Notes: a model not told the origin generated them from the letters alone. A DNA stretch of 40,198 bases from Octopus sinensis (GCF_006345805.1 NW_021835446.1:1-40198), one strand, 5' to 3'; shown: positions 24,540-37,457, numbered from the stretch's first letter. Numbers and translations: made by a program.

Positions 24540-24712
24540 TCGAGCAGGCAGAATCGTTAGTGCGCCGGGCAAGATTCTTAGCGGCATTCGTCCGTCTTTA
24601 TGTTCTGAGTTGAAATTCCACCGAGGTCGAACTTCGCCTTTCATCCCTTCGGGGTCAATCGAATTTCCCCTTCACCGAAGTTTCTGGCTTTGTGCCAAAA
24701 TTTGAAACCACT
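24540..24712 (+). mobile_element. SINE B, diverged
   Basis: Family B head and core with the alternative 3' end. Confidence 0.7.
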
Positions 24713-25120
24713 ATAACGCTGATTCTGCCTGGGGAATTACTTTGTAGTTACAACTTTCTAAGCACTTCTGTTATGGAACGACTGAAATACTCAACTGATC
24801 TTATCATGGATAGTTAGTATATTCCTCGATGCACAATGCCGCTTGGACGTTGATGTGTACCCGATTAGAGCATCTTTGACGAGAGGTACTTTAGCTCTAT
24901 CAGGACTCATCTGGTGTTTATAAGACACTCCCATAATGGAAAATATATTCTTAGATACACAATATCACTAAAACGGACGTGATGACCATACCTGGGACAT
25001 CCTTAACCCATCCTTGTCTCCTGAGATTTCTACCTTACTAAAAGACTCCTTACCTGAGTAACTATTCTACCTCTCGCATGTGATCTTTGCCCTGCACAAT
25101 GTTTCCTTATTTTTACCCCT

Positions 25121-25366
25121 GTCTCTTGTTAACCCTTTCACATATGACATTTGCTTCCCCCCCGTCTCTTGTTGACCCTCTCACATATGACATTTGCCTC
25201 CCCCCGTCTCTTGTTGACCCTTTCACATATGACATTTGCCTCCCCCCGTCTCTTGTTGACCCTCTCACATATGACATTTGCCTCCCTGCCGTCTTTTGTT
25301 GACCCTTTCACATATGACATTTGCTTCCCCCCCGTCTCTTGTTGACCCTTTCACATATAACATTTC
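25121..25366. repeat. 42-43 bp minisatellite, about 5.7 units
   Basis: Units start at 25121, 25164, 25206, 25248, 25291 and 25334; consensus GTCTCTTGTTGACCCTTTCACATATGACATTTGCCTCCCCCC. Confidence 0.95.
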
Positions 25367-25989
25367 TTATTCAAAAGGACACCTTAGTTTGGTCCTCGTG
25401 CGACCACTGCTTTGCGAAGTGCTCCAAACTTTTGCTCCTCCGCTGTGTGACCTTTGCCCTTCAAAATATTTCCTTATTTTTCTCCCTGTCTCTTTATCGT
25501 TGATCCTTTCACATCTGACCTTCCCCATTCAAAAGAAGCACCTTATTTTGTCGTATCTTCGTTACATTTAACCCATCCTCCCGTGACCACTGCTTTGCTA
25601 AACGTTTCCATAATTTTCCTCCTAAACTGTATGAATACCGTCCTTTCATGTGTGACCTCCGCCAAAACTCTCACTACTTCTTACTCCGACCTCGCCGCGT
25701 AACCTTTGGCCTTCTCCCGTGTGACATTTACCCTACACGGTTCCACTTACTTTTGGCCATCGTGCATACTACGTTCCTCGTCCCATCCTACATCCTCGCC
25801 ACATTCATCCCTGCTCATCATAGATGTCAACCTTTGCTCATAATCAGTATTTGCTCTATCATCACTGACAAAGCTGATCCGCTTTCAACACCTCCCCTCC
25901 CGCCGACACTCCTCACCACACCTTCCTGTCAATCATTTCCCCTAATCACCTCACATCACTGTCACGTGACGTTATTGTCGCATTCGCAA

Positions 25990-26359
25990 CGTTGTTCGTC
26001 TTCGCTGTTCTTGGTTTTACTTGCTTTGGCTGTTGGTATTGTTGTTGTTCTTGTGGATGTTGTTGCTGTTGTTGTCGTCATTGTTGTTGTATGGATGTTG
26101 TTGTTGTTGTCGCCGTTGGTGATGCTGTTGCTGCTGATGCTGTTACTGGTGTCGTTGTTGTTGTTGTAGTCATCCACTGAAGTCTTTTTTTCACCCCAAC
26201 TTTACATGAATCCTTTCTCCAACATAAACATGGTCCCCTCCTTCTTCTCCTCCTCCTCCTCCTCATCATCATCATCACCACCATTATCATCATCATCACC
26301 GTCATTATCATTGTCATCATATTGACCATCATCACTGTCATCATCATCCTCATCACCAC

Positions 26360-26394
<35 letters not shown>

Positions 26395-26680
26395 ATCATC
26401 ATCATCATCATCATCATCAGGATCAGCATCATCATCATCATCACAAGCCGCTGTAGCATCGACAGAATCGGTGTCGACAGCGATAACAGTCACAACAAAT
26501 AGAAAATAATTTACACGATGACGATGATGATGATGAGGAGGAGGAGGAGGAGGAGGCGGAGGGCGAGATTGAGATATGGGCGAGCAGATCGTTGTGATGA
26601 TGATGATGATGATGAAGATGATGACGATAACGGAGATGATGATGTCGATGATGATGATGATGATGATGATGATGGTACTT
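25990..26680. repeat. mosaic trinucleotide repeats (GTT/ATC/GAT/GAG)
   Basis: Directly visible. Confidence 0.9.
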
Positions 26681-26929
26681 GTGATTTCAAACTTCACTTT
26701 TATTCCAGCTTCCCAACCACCCAACGACACCTGCTTTCAATTTTTTTTACTGCCCTTCAGGGCTTCAAGTTGTATTTGCAATACACACACACATACACAC
26801 ACGCACCACGCACACACGCTCACACACACACGCGCACACACGGATACACGAAGACACACATGAAGACACACACATACTCTCTCTCTCTCTGACACACATT
26901 ATCTCTCTCTCACATACACACGAAAACAG

Positions 26930-26962
<33 letters not shown>

Positions 26963-27182
26963 CGCCCGCGCACACGCGCACACACGAAGACACACATGAA
27001 GACACACACATACTCTCTCTCTCTCTCTCTGACACACATTGTCTCTCTCTCACACACACACGTACACACACACACGCGTACATACATTCTTACACCCACA
27101 TACATACACATACACACTGGCAAACTTTCACCTCCTCGCAAAGTCATACTCATACTCACTAAGCCACAAAGTCACACTATGG

Positions 27183-27815
27183 CACACACACACACACACA
27201 CATTCACATATTCACACACACAACCACATTCACACACGCAACCACATTCACATATATACACACTCACAAACTCTCTACCACAGCATATACACAGCCTTAC
27301 ACAAACACACACATACACAAATACATATACATACATACACCAGCGTACATATACTCATTACATACCCATGCGCACAAATACACAGTTACATCACACACAC
27401 ACACACGCACACACACATGCATGTACATACGCAAAACCCAACCCAATGAGAAAAAAATTCTCTCAGCCCTCACGTACAGTCGCGCGTGCGCGCACACACA
27501 CACACACACACACATTCACATATTCACACACACAACCACATTCACACACGCAACCACATTCACATATATACACACTCACAAACTCTCTACCACAGCATAT
27601 ACACAGCCTTACACAAACACACACATACACAAATACATATACATACATACACCAGCGTACATATACTCATTACATACCCATGCGCACAAATACACAGTTA
27701 CATACACACACACACACACACACGCACACACACATGCATGTACATACGCAAAACCCAAACCCAATGAGAAAAAAATTCTCTCAGCCCTCACGTACAGTCG
27801 CGCGTGCGCGCACAC
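27183..27815. repeat. near-identical tandem duplication of a ~312-318 bp CA-rich unit
   Basis: Anchor AACCACATT at 27222 and 27534; anchor TTCTCTCAGCC at 27458 and 27776. Confidence 0.9.
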
Positions 27816-27923
27816 ACACACTCACAGCCATAGGACCACAAGTCTACTCACGCACACGTGAACTCACTCACATGCACATATGCGCAGGTACTAACATATG
27901 TACACATGCGTATACACAAATGC

Positions 27924-27983
<60 letters not shown>

Positions 27984-28248
27984 AACGCGCACACACGCAG
28001 ATACATATATACGCATATAGACACACAACTATCAGCTCTTTACATACACCTACAACGATACATCCAAAGAGGCACATACATATATACATATACACACATA
28101 CATACATACATAGATGCATATATATATATATATTATATATATATATATAATATATATATATATATATTATATATATATATATATATATATGTGTGTATGT
28201 AATATATATATATATGTGTGTGTGTATATGTATATATATATGTATATA

Positions 28249-28287
<39 letters not shown>

Positions 28288-28503
28288 TAATATATATATA
28301 TACATGCTTACATACGTATAAACACACACACACACATATATATATATATACAGGCGCAAAAGTACACAACGCACACATACATACACACAGGCAGAGACAG
28401 GCAGACACATACACACACACACGCGCATACACACACATCCTCAACTCCTTACGTGCACAAGTACACACATACAGACAGAGATACACACACATACACCTAC
28501 ACC

Positions 28504-28552
<49 letters not shown>

Positions 28553-29127
28553 AATCCTAATGTGAGCCAATTTTCATTGTAACTTTTTAATCTTCCCAGT
28601 TTTATAAGGAAAAACTTGTTTTACAAAACCAAAAATTCTCTCTCGGTAAAAGCTGATGGAAGCTGTCACTTCCAACTTGCTTTATTAATGTCTCCTACAA
28701 CCCCACCTCTCTCTCCATTCTTACCTTCTTTTTCGTTCTTCATCTCTTTCTTTTCTCTCCCTTTGTTTCTTTTCCTCTTCCTCCTCCTCCTCACCTTCTA
28801 CTTCTTTTCCTCCTCTACCACTGCCGCCACCCCAGCCACCTAATCACCACCACCACCACCATCAAATACAGAGCACGAAAATTCACACAACAACGTGTAA
28901 ATGACGGGTCCATCAACGTGGTCCCTCGACCTGCAAGAAAAAGAAGCCAAGTTGCCCTCAAATTCAATGTTCCTTTCCCTAAAGAAAAGCATGGAACATT
29001 GTTTTTTTCTCAGAATAAAAACCCTGAAACGAAAATAAGCTAGATGGTCATGGCTGGAATATTTTTGATCAGATGTCTGTTCAATCAAGCTTGACTTAAG
29101 AGTTAAGCGAAAACAACAGTAACATCA

Positions 29128-29708
29128 ACAACCAACCAACCAAATGACCGACCAACCAACGAAGCAAGCAAGCAGCCAACCGACCAACCGACATACCAAC
29201 CAACCAACCAAATAACCAACCAGCCAGCCAGCCAGCCAACCAACCAACTAACCAACCAACTAACCAACCATCTAACCAACCAACTTGCCGACCAACAGAG
29301 CAAGCAGGCAACCAACCAACCACCAACGAAGCAAGCAAGCAACCAACCAAGAGAGCAAGCAAGCGAGCAAGTAACCACCAACGAAGCAAGCAACCAACGA
29401 AACATGCAAGTAAGCAAGCAATCAGGCAAGCAAGCAGACAGGCAAGCCAGCAACCAACCAACCAACCAACTAATAAATCAAGCAATCAGGCAGGCAGTCA
29501 AGCAAGCAAGTTAGCAACCAACCAACCAATTAGCAAAGCAACAAGCAAACAAGCAAGCAACCAACCAACAAAACAAGCAAGCATGCAAGTAACCAGCCAA
29601 CCACCAACGAGCAAACCAGCCGCCAGACAAACCAAACCAACCAGCCAGCCAACCAACCAACCGACCGACCGACCGACCGACCGACCAACCGACCGACCAA
29701 CCAACCAA
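29128..29708. repeat. mosaic (CCAA)/(GCAA)/(CCGA) tetranucleotide satellite
   Basis: Directly visible. Confidence 0.92.
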
Positions 29709-30119
29709 CACGCTAACCACTCCATGCAATATTTTTATCCTTCCTAAGTCTTTCCATTTTATCGCCTGCTGCAATCTCATTGTCTCCTCTTTCTCTTCTC
29801 TTTCCAAAGGCAAGATTTTCTTCGCTTTTCTTCAATTTGTTGACGGCCATAAGATTGTCGTCGTCGTCGTCGTCGATGTTATTGTTGTTGTTATTGTTGG
29901 TGTTGCTGTCATTAGTATTCTTCTTCTTATTGTTGTTGTTGTTGTTGTGTTTCTGCGTCGACGCTGGTTTTTCTTTAAAACGAAACCATTTTTAGGCTCT
30001 TTAACTCTCAAGCTACTTCATTTTGCCGTCAGATTTCTCCAAGAAATTTCTTTATTATATTTCATACCACATTATTTATTTATTTATTTATTCATTTATT
30101 GTTATCATTATTATTATTA

Positions 30120-30174
<55 letters not shown>

Positions 30175-30498
30175 TTATTATTATTATTATTAATATTATT
30201 ATTATTTATTCATTTATTTATTTATTTTTCTCTCTGGTAAGAAGGAAAGAAAGTGGGTATAGGTGTGAGGCGGGCGGAGGAGTGTCGGATTTAATGCTGT
30301 TTTTATTTATTTTTCTCCCTTCTTTAATTCTGTGGTTTTTGTCTTGAGAAACACGCGCAAAAAAGAAATCGCTATTATCATGGTATAGCATGTTTTATAT
30401 ATTACATAATAAAATATATCTATATACATCATACATATACGTACGTACATACATACATATATACATACATGCATACATGCATACATATATACATACAT

Positions 30499-30531
<33 letters not shown>

Positions 30532-30602
30532 CATACATACATAGATATATATAGACATACATATGTAAGTATACATATATTTATGTATATGTGTGTGTGT
30601 GA

Positions 30603-30908
30603 AGGCACATGGTCTAGTGGTTAGGGTGTTACACCCACAATATAACGTACATGGGTTCTATTCTCGGATCGAATGGTGTGTTGTGTTTTCTTTAGCAAAA
30701 CACTTAATTTCATATTGCACCAGTCCACTAGTCCGTAACTGGGTGACACTGCGGTGGACTAACCGCCCGATCGGGGGTCGTGGAGGTTCGTTGGCCTGCT
30801 CGCCTAGCCAACGGGATGACATCATCCAAAAGCGAAAACGATATATTGTGACCAGCCGATGTATAACACCACCCTATAGTCTGGTCGATCACGGGATCAC
30901 GGGATTGT
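30603..30908 (+). mobile_element. tRNA-derived SINE with the family C 3' end and a different head/core
   Basis: A-box TGGTCTAGTGGTTAGG; TTGGCCTGCTCGCCTAGCCA..TGTGACCAG..GATCACGG is shared with 6820-6963. Confidence 0.65.
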
Positions 30909-31272
30909 GATAAGGAACTTGCTTACCAGCCACATGGTTCCGGGTTCAGTCCGATTGCGTGGCACCTTGGGTAAGTGTTTTCTACTATAGCCTCGGGCCG
31001 ACCGAAGCCTTGTGAGTGGATTTGGTAGACGGAAACTGAAAGACGCCCGTCGTACATACATATATATGTATATATTTGTCTGTGTGTTTGTATCTGTGTT
31101 TGTCCCCCACCATCGCTTGACAATCAATGTTGATGTGTTTACATCTTTGTAACTTAGCGGTTTGGCTGAGGGTACGATAGAATAAGTCCAAGGGTCTATT
31201 TCTTCGACTAAAAAGCGGTGCTCCAGCATGGCCACAGTCAAATGACTGAAACCAGTAAAAGAGTAAAAGAGA
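30909..31272 (+). mobile_element. SINE A, slightly 5'-truncated
   Basis: All family A modules present; tail CAGTCAAATGACTGAAACCAGTAAAAGAG. Confidence 0.85.
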
Positions 31273-31457
31273 ATATATATGGGAAAAAGTCAAGGTAGAA
31301 AATGCTAAAGTAATTTTATAAAAAACATTTCAGTACCGGTTTCAGTCATTGAGACTTTTTCAACTGTAAAATGTCTCAATGACTGAAACCGGTGCTGAAT
31401 TGTTTTTTATAAAATTATTTTAGCATTTTCTACCTTGACTATCTTTTCCATATATAT
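31273..31457. mobile_element. palindromic foldback element (~85 bp near-identical arms) carrying a hammerhead
   Basis: Left arm 31273-31356 matches the reverse complement of 31372-31457 with few differences; TA-run flanks. Confidence 0.9.
31328..31369 (-). ncRNA. minimal type I hammerhead ribozyme, U3-A8 core variant, apparently intact
   Basis: tta-cag-TTGAAAA-agtc-tcaat-gact-GAAAC-CG-GTA-ctg-aaa. Predicted cleavage is after GUA, between 31334 and 31333. Confidence 0.7.
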
Positions 31458-31482
31458 CAACTCGTGTGCTCCTTTTCAACCT

Positions 31483-31509
<27 letters not shown>

Positions 31510-31532
<23 letters not shown>

Positions 31533-31690
31533 AAATACAAAATGGGACAAGAACGCAAAACATCTAGAAAGTTAGTTGATACAAAAAAGGGACAACAAAG
31601 CATCCAGATACACGATACAAAGAAAACAAGAACGGGTCTTTCGAAGTTTTCTTTCCTCAAACGAGTTCCAGATTATTTTTGCAATTTCAA
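31510..31690. mobile_element. possible Penelope-like terminal fragment
   Basis: AAATACAAAATGGGACAAGAACGCAAAACA is shared with 9750-9790; the minus strand has TTGAGGA-aag-aaaa-ctt-CGAAA. Confidence 0.4.
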
Positions 31691-31701
31691 GGAAGGAGCC
31701 A

Positions 31702-31866
31702 GTCGATTAGATCGACCCCAGCACGCAAGTGGTGCTTAATTTATCGACCCCGAAAGGATGAAGAGCAAAGTCGACTCAACGGAATTTGAACTCAGATCGT
31801 AGCGGCAGACGAAATACTGCTAAGCATTAAGCCCTGCGTGCTAACGATTCTGCCATCTCGTCGCCT
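31702..31866 (-). mobile_element. SINE B
   Basis: Reverse complement of the family B head and core. Confidence 0.75.
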
Positions 31867-33000
31867 TAAAGTATGATAATATTGATAATTATCATTTTTG
31901 TCATCACAACCACCGCCGCCACCTTTCGTCACGTTACTGTTGTCGACGTCGATCTCCTCTTCATCCTCACCACCACTACTATTCTCTTCCTCCTCCCCTC
32001 CTCCTCACTTCCACCAGTTTCCTCCTACTCTTCATTTTCATCAACTATCTTCACTCCATTGTCGTCGTAGTCGTCATCATCGTCATCATCATCATTATCA
32101 TCATCAACATCACCGTCACCACCATCACCACCACCACCACCACCACTACAACCACCACCACTATAACCAGCACAATTCTCTTTCACCACCTATTCCCACT
32201 CATCTTCCCCTCCTCCCCTCTTCATCCTTCTTTCCCCTCCCCTCCTTCTCAATTCATCATCATCATCATCATCATCATCATCTCACCCGTCCACTTCAGA
32301 GATCAATGTTCTTACGCAATTTCTTTTCTGTTCTTCTACTCCTCTTACCTTCTCATTGTTCAGCCTCTCCCCTTCTCTCTCTCTCAGTCTTTCTCTGTCT
32401 CTCTTTCTCTCTCATTCATTTACATATTTATATTGTTATTATCACTATTGCTGCTGTTGTCGATGAAAAAATGATGATGATGATGATGAAGATGATGAGG
32501 ATGATGATGTTGCTGTTGATGATGTTGCTGTTGATGATGATGATGACAGCGGCGACAACGACGACGACGACGACGATGCTTGCAATGATAATGAGGATGA
32601 TGGTGACGACGATGATTACGATGATGACAACAACGTTATACTTCAAGTTCTAAACCATCTGACGCTTTCAATTATTTTTTATCCCTCAATTTTCTACAGC
32701 GATGCCCCCGGGGTAGATTTAGAAAACAAACAAAGAAAAATTCAACTAAAACAAACAAACTACATCCTCTGCGCATACATACATACATACATACATACAT
32801 ACATACATACATACATACATACATACATACATACATTCACACACGCGCACTCACACATATGGACGCATGGACGCATCCATTCGAACATGCATAAACTGAC
32901 AACAAAATATGAGACAAACATTGTAAAATATATGGGAAAAAATTGTATAAAAAATCACAATAAAAACACACACACGCACCTATGAATGTACCTGGATGGA

Positions 33001-33059
<59 letters not shown>

Positions 33060-33129
33060 TATACATATATATATACATACATATATATATATATATACAT
33101 ATATATATGTATATATATATAATATATAT

Positions 33130-33304
33130 ATAACACATAATATACACACAATATTATACACATATACATATATACATAAATATATTCATACGTACATGTA
33201 TATATGTGTGTGTGTGTGTGTAAATATACCATATATATATTATATATATATATATTAATACCTATATATTCACATGCATATATATACTTATATATATATG
33301 TATA

Positions 33305-33352
<48 letters not shown>

Positions 33353-33600
33353 TATATACATATATATATACTACATATATATATATATATACATATATAT
33401 ATGTATATATATATGTATATATATATACACACATATATATACACACACATATATATACACATATACATATATACATAAATATATTCATTCGTACATGTAT
33501 ATATGTGTGTGTGTGTGTGTGTAAATATACTCATATATATATATATATATATATATATACCTATATATTCACATGCATATATATACTTATATATATATGT

Positions 33601-33620
<20 letters not shown>
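33130..33620. repeat. ~299 bp-period duplication within a (TA)n/(CA)n field
   Basis: ATATTCAT(A/T)CGTACATGTATATATGTGTG...CCTATATATTCACATGCATA occurs at about 33182 and 33481. Confidence 0.8.
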
Positions 33621-33671
<51 letters not shown>

Positions 33672-33794
33672 AAACAACTTTGTAGAAAAAACGCCCCATA
33701 TGCACACATCAACATTGACAAGTGTGTGTGTATGTGCGCATGCATATGTGTGCGCGTGAGCGTGCGTACACACGCATGCATTTTACATATGTAT

Positions 33795-33837
<43 letters not shown>

Positions 33838-34055
33838 TATGTATACACAACCTTACATATCAATAGATTGTATAAAAGATATATGCTAAAAAACAAAAGG
33901 AATAAAAATGTCCGTCATCAAACAGTCAAGGCAGCCATATAAGTTTGTCATAGAGAACCACGCTATACCTTGAAGAACTACGATATAAAACTCTTGTACG
34001 ACACGTAATTACCATTGTTTTGAATATTCTTTCTATATGACATGGAACGCAGCGC

Positions 34056-34125
34056 CGCAGCTGGTCGAGTTGCTAAGAGGGTCAGCCTATTAACTGAAGG
34101 GTCACAGGTTCGTATTAAATGACTT
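34056..34125 (+). mobile_element. degenerate tRNA-like (SINE head) remnant
   Basis: A-box-like TGGTCGAGTTGCTAAG, stem TCAG..CTGA and B-box-like GGTTCGTATT. No acceptor stem. Confidence 0.35.
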
Positions 34126-35187
34126 GCTGCGGTTTGTGTTCTGTCAGCAAGTACTGCAGTTTGTCTCTTGTCAAGACGCGCTAATCCTTTAGTTTGTTTT
34201 TTTTAAATGTTTTTTTTCTCCTTTCTCTTTTCTCTGGAAGATTCCAAATGGCCGTTGGTTCTTTTACAGTGGATGTCTCAGAAGTCATAAACAGATGTGA
34301 AATTTGATGGGTTCTCCGTCGGTTTCGACGATGAGTGTTTCGTTATTGAGTCTAGTGAACAAGTTAATATAACAATTCGTTAAATTTACGTTAAAGTGGT
34401 TGTGTATTCCGTAGACATATTTCTTATTATTTGGCTCCATTTGCATGAACTCTAATAAGAATTACTTCGATTCTCTTACTCTTATCTCTATTATTTTTAG
34501 CAGATATTATTACAATACATTTAACAGACGATAACTTAAACAACACACTTTTTTTTACCGTCGAGGAAAAGAAGGTCAAATTCTTTTTGGACTCCCAGGA
34601 ATTTTTATATTATTTTGATTTGGAATAATTTCTCATATTTCTGTTTCATTCTGAGATAGAATTAGCGTGATTTTATATATCACAAAACTGAGCCTTTTGA
34701 ATTACATGTCCAATCCACCTGATGGGCTTCAACGCAGTTTCTGTGAAATAATTTTCACTTGCAAGACTCGAGGATGATTCTGAATTTATTTTAGAAAGCA
34801 TTTACCCAAAATGACAGACTGCATTATTATCGCGAATTGAAATTCTGAAGCATTTTGTCCATGCCTGTGCTACAAGACGTGAAATAACTCTGACCCTGGA
34901 TAGAAGATAACGGCGAGTATCATGTCCAATTAAAACAGCCCCGCAAAAGAAGGACTCTTTTTATATGTAGTAATACATCTACATTTATTTGGATGCGAAA
35001 ACAATGCTGTGATGGTGGTGTTTAATCAAATCTCTATCAGAAAACGGTTTCCAAAGTTAAAGAACTTAATTCTAGTTTTATTGTATTAAATAGATGGGAA
35101 GAAGTTTATTTCCAGAAAAGTATGTTAAACAGAGACGGATAACATTCGCAAATGAATTTAGTGGATGAACTAAGAAAAATATAAAAG

Positions 35188-35655
35188 TGTATATCGTATG
35201 TATATCTTACCTAGTCGTTATATTTTTAATTCGTTTTCTTTCAAGTTCAAATATTCCGCATATTTTTCAAAATATCAAATTAAATGAAAGAAAGCAGAAT
35301 ATAAAGAAAACGAAAATGTTAACGGAGATGCACTTGCATAGCAAGTGACATGATCTGAGATCGTGTGCTAGAACAAAAACAATTGCAGCGTGGAAGGTGT
35401 TTATAAGCCATTTAAAAACACAAAAATCGTTAGATTCACTTCAACATTTAAATTTAATTTGCCAAAATATTTTCGTCGCTTTGAGACCGCGACTTGTTCA
35501 CAGACGAAAATATTTTGGCAAATTAAATTTAAATGTTGAAGTGAATCTAACGATTTTTGTGTGTGTTTCCTTTTAAATGATAAAAGGAAACATAAAATAA
35601 ATAACAGTAACAATAAGATGACGAATAAACTTGTAACCGGCTGAGAGAATGGCAA
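35188..35655 (+). mobile_element. AT-rich repeat X, split by a 256 bp insertion
   Basis: 35188-35318 plus 35575-35655 joined together align, inverted, with 39622-39835. Confidence 0.7.
35319..35574. mobile_element. MITE-like insertion with a 60 bp perfect inverted repeat
   Basis: Arms 35418-35477 and 35503-35562 are exact reverse complements with a 25 bp spacer; AAATG direct repeats at 35314-35318 and 35575-35579. Confidence 0.8.
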
Positions 35656-36377
35656 TTTTCTAATACACACCCAACGAAATATCAGTTAGAAATTTGAACG
35701 TATGCCCTTTGAGCTGTCAGTTCAAAACAACATTCACTTCAATATTTTACCATACAACAGAATCAAAGAATTTGGTTGAAGACCATGAACAGCGAAGATT
35801 TTATTAATCAAATCAGACTCAGTGCTGCATGAAAGTGGTAGAAGATACAACTGGTCAAAATAATAAAAAAATATTGATTTTTAAACATACAATACGTATA
35901 TTAAAGTATATTAATTAATGTAATACAATACATATATATGTTAATAAAGACATAATGGCCGTTATGTTTTTGATCTTGAAATGCTCGTTATTATTATTTT
36001 TTAAAAAACAATTTATTAAATATCTCAACCTAAGGTGTATGCTTGAATACAAATTAATATTTATCATATATAGTCGCAGCCGTAAATTAACACTATAATA
36101 TTAACAGCCACGAGTAGGGGAAAAATATAGACAGACTTTATACGTCTTTAAAATCAAATTAAATATTGATTATGCGGTATCTATCGATTATTTAATATCT
36201 GCCGATTAGTTAATATCGAGACAAAATATTGAAATAAAATACAAAAGGTGAAAAATATAAACTAAATACCTCAATATTAATGAGGTTAATTCTTCGTATT
36301 TTATCGAAAAACCAGTCTTTATACAATTCTCCTTACAAGCATATCTGCTTGACTGTAGAGCGAATAAGAGTTTAGTC

Positions 36378-36764
36378 TATCGTGGCACTCCGTCGGTTAC
36401 GACGACGAGGGTTCCAGTTGATCCGATCAACGGAACAGCCTGCTCGTGAAATTAACGTGCAAGTGGCTGAGCTTTCCACAGACACGTGTATCCTTAACGT
36501 AGTTCTCGGGGAGATTTAGCGTGACACAGAGTGTGACAAGACTGGCCCTTTGAAATACAGGTACAACAGAAACAGGAAGAAAGAAAGAGAGAAATTTGTG
36601 GTGAAAGAGTGCAGCAGGGTTTACCACCACCCACTGCCAGAGCCTTGTAGAACTCTAAGTATTTTCACTCAATAAACAATCACAATGCTCGGTCTGGGAA
36701 TCGAAACCGTGATCCTACGATCGCGAGTCCGCTGCCCTAACCACTGGGCCATTGCGCTTCCACA
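36378..36764 (-). mobile_element. SINE with the family C head and a different 3' half
   Basis: Minus strand ATGGCCCAGTGGTTAGGGCAGCGGACTCGCGATCGTAGGATCACGGTTTCGATTCC nearly matches 6681-6736. Confidence 0.8.
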
Positions 36765-37398
36765 GGAGTTTAGTAAAGCAATAATATTTAATGAAAATAA
36801 GAGTAGCTTTTTAAGCGCAAGTTGACGATTTTTAAGGAACTTAACGCCGGGTTTAGAGAAAAGGAACTTAACTCTGGTTTTAGTGATAAAAGACGATAAC
36901 TTAATGATGAAGAAGCAAGTGAAAACAGACGATAACTAAGTAATGAAGAAACAACTTGACTCCAAGTCAACTTGCCTCACAGATGAGTAAAACGTTTTGG
37001 CACAGCTGTTTTGGCGCCATTTATTTGGCGTCTCTGATTCGACGCTGACTTCTTTGACATAAAAAGTTTTACTGTTTCTCTCGTTCTCTCCTTCCCCCTT
37101 TCCATTTATTTGCCTGTCTATCTGTCTATGCTCGTGTGAATATTTTTTACATTATATGTACGAAGAGATATGTCAGTCATGTACAATTGCTAAAATGTAA
37201 TGTTTCTCTCTCACCATCACTCTCCCCCTCTCTCTAACTCTCTCAGTAACTTGAGTTCAAATCCGGCTGAAATCGACTGCGCTTTTCTTCCTTTCAGGGT
37301 CGATAAATAAAGTAATAGTCAAGAATTGGACGTCCTCTTTCTTCTCCTGCTCCTCTCCTCCTCCACCTGCTCCACCCCTTCTTTTTTCTTCTTCTAAT

Positions 37399-37457
<59 letters not shown>

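Noticed and set aside
25121-25366. CRISPR-like array
   Set aside because: Units are contiguous with no unique spacers, there are no cas genes, and the context is eukaryotic.
25648-26169. 173 aa ORF
   Set aside because: Low-complexity C/T-rich sequence running into (GTT)n; no domain.
28840-29088. 82 aa minus-strand ORF with an internal acceptor-like site
   Set aside because: No recognisable domain; open frames of this size arise by chance.
31631-31665. Minus-strand TTGAGGA-aag-aaaa-ctt-CGAAA as a ribozyme
   Set aside because: Stems I and III cannot be formed; kept only as a PLE-like remnant.
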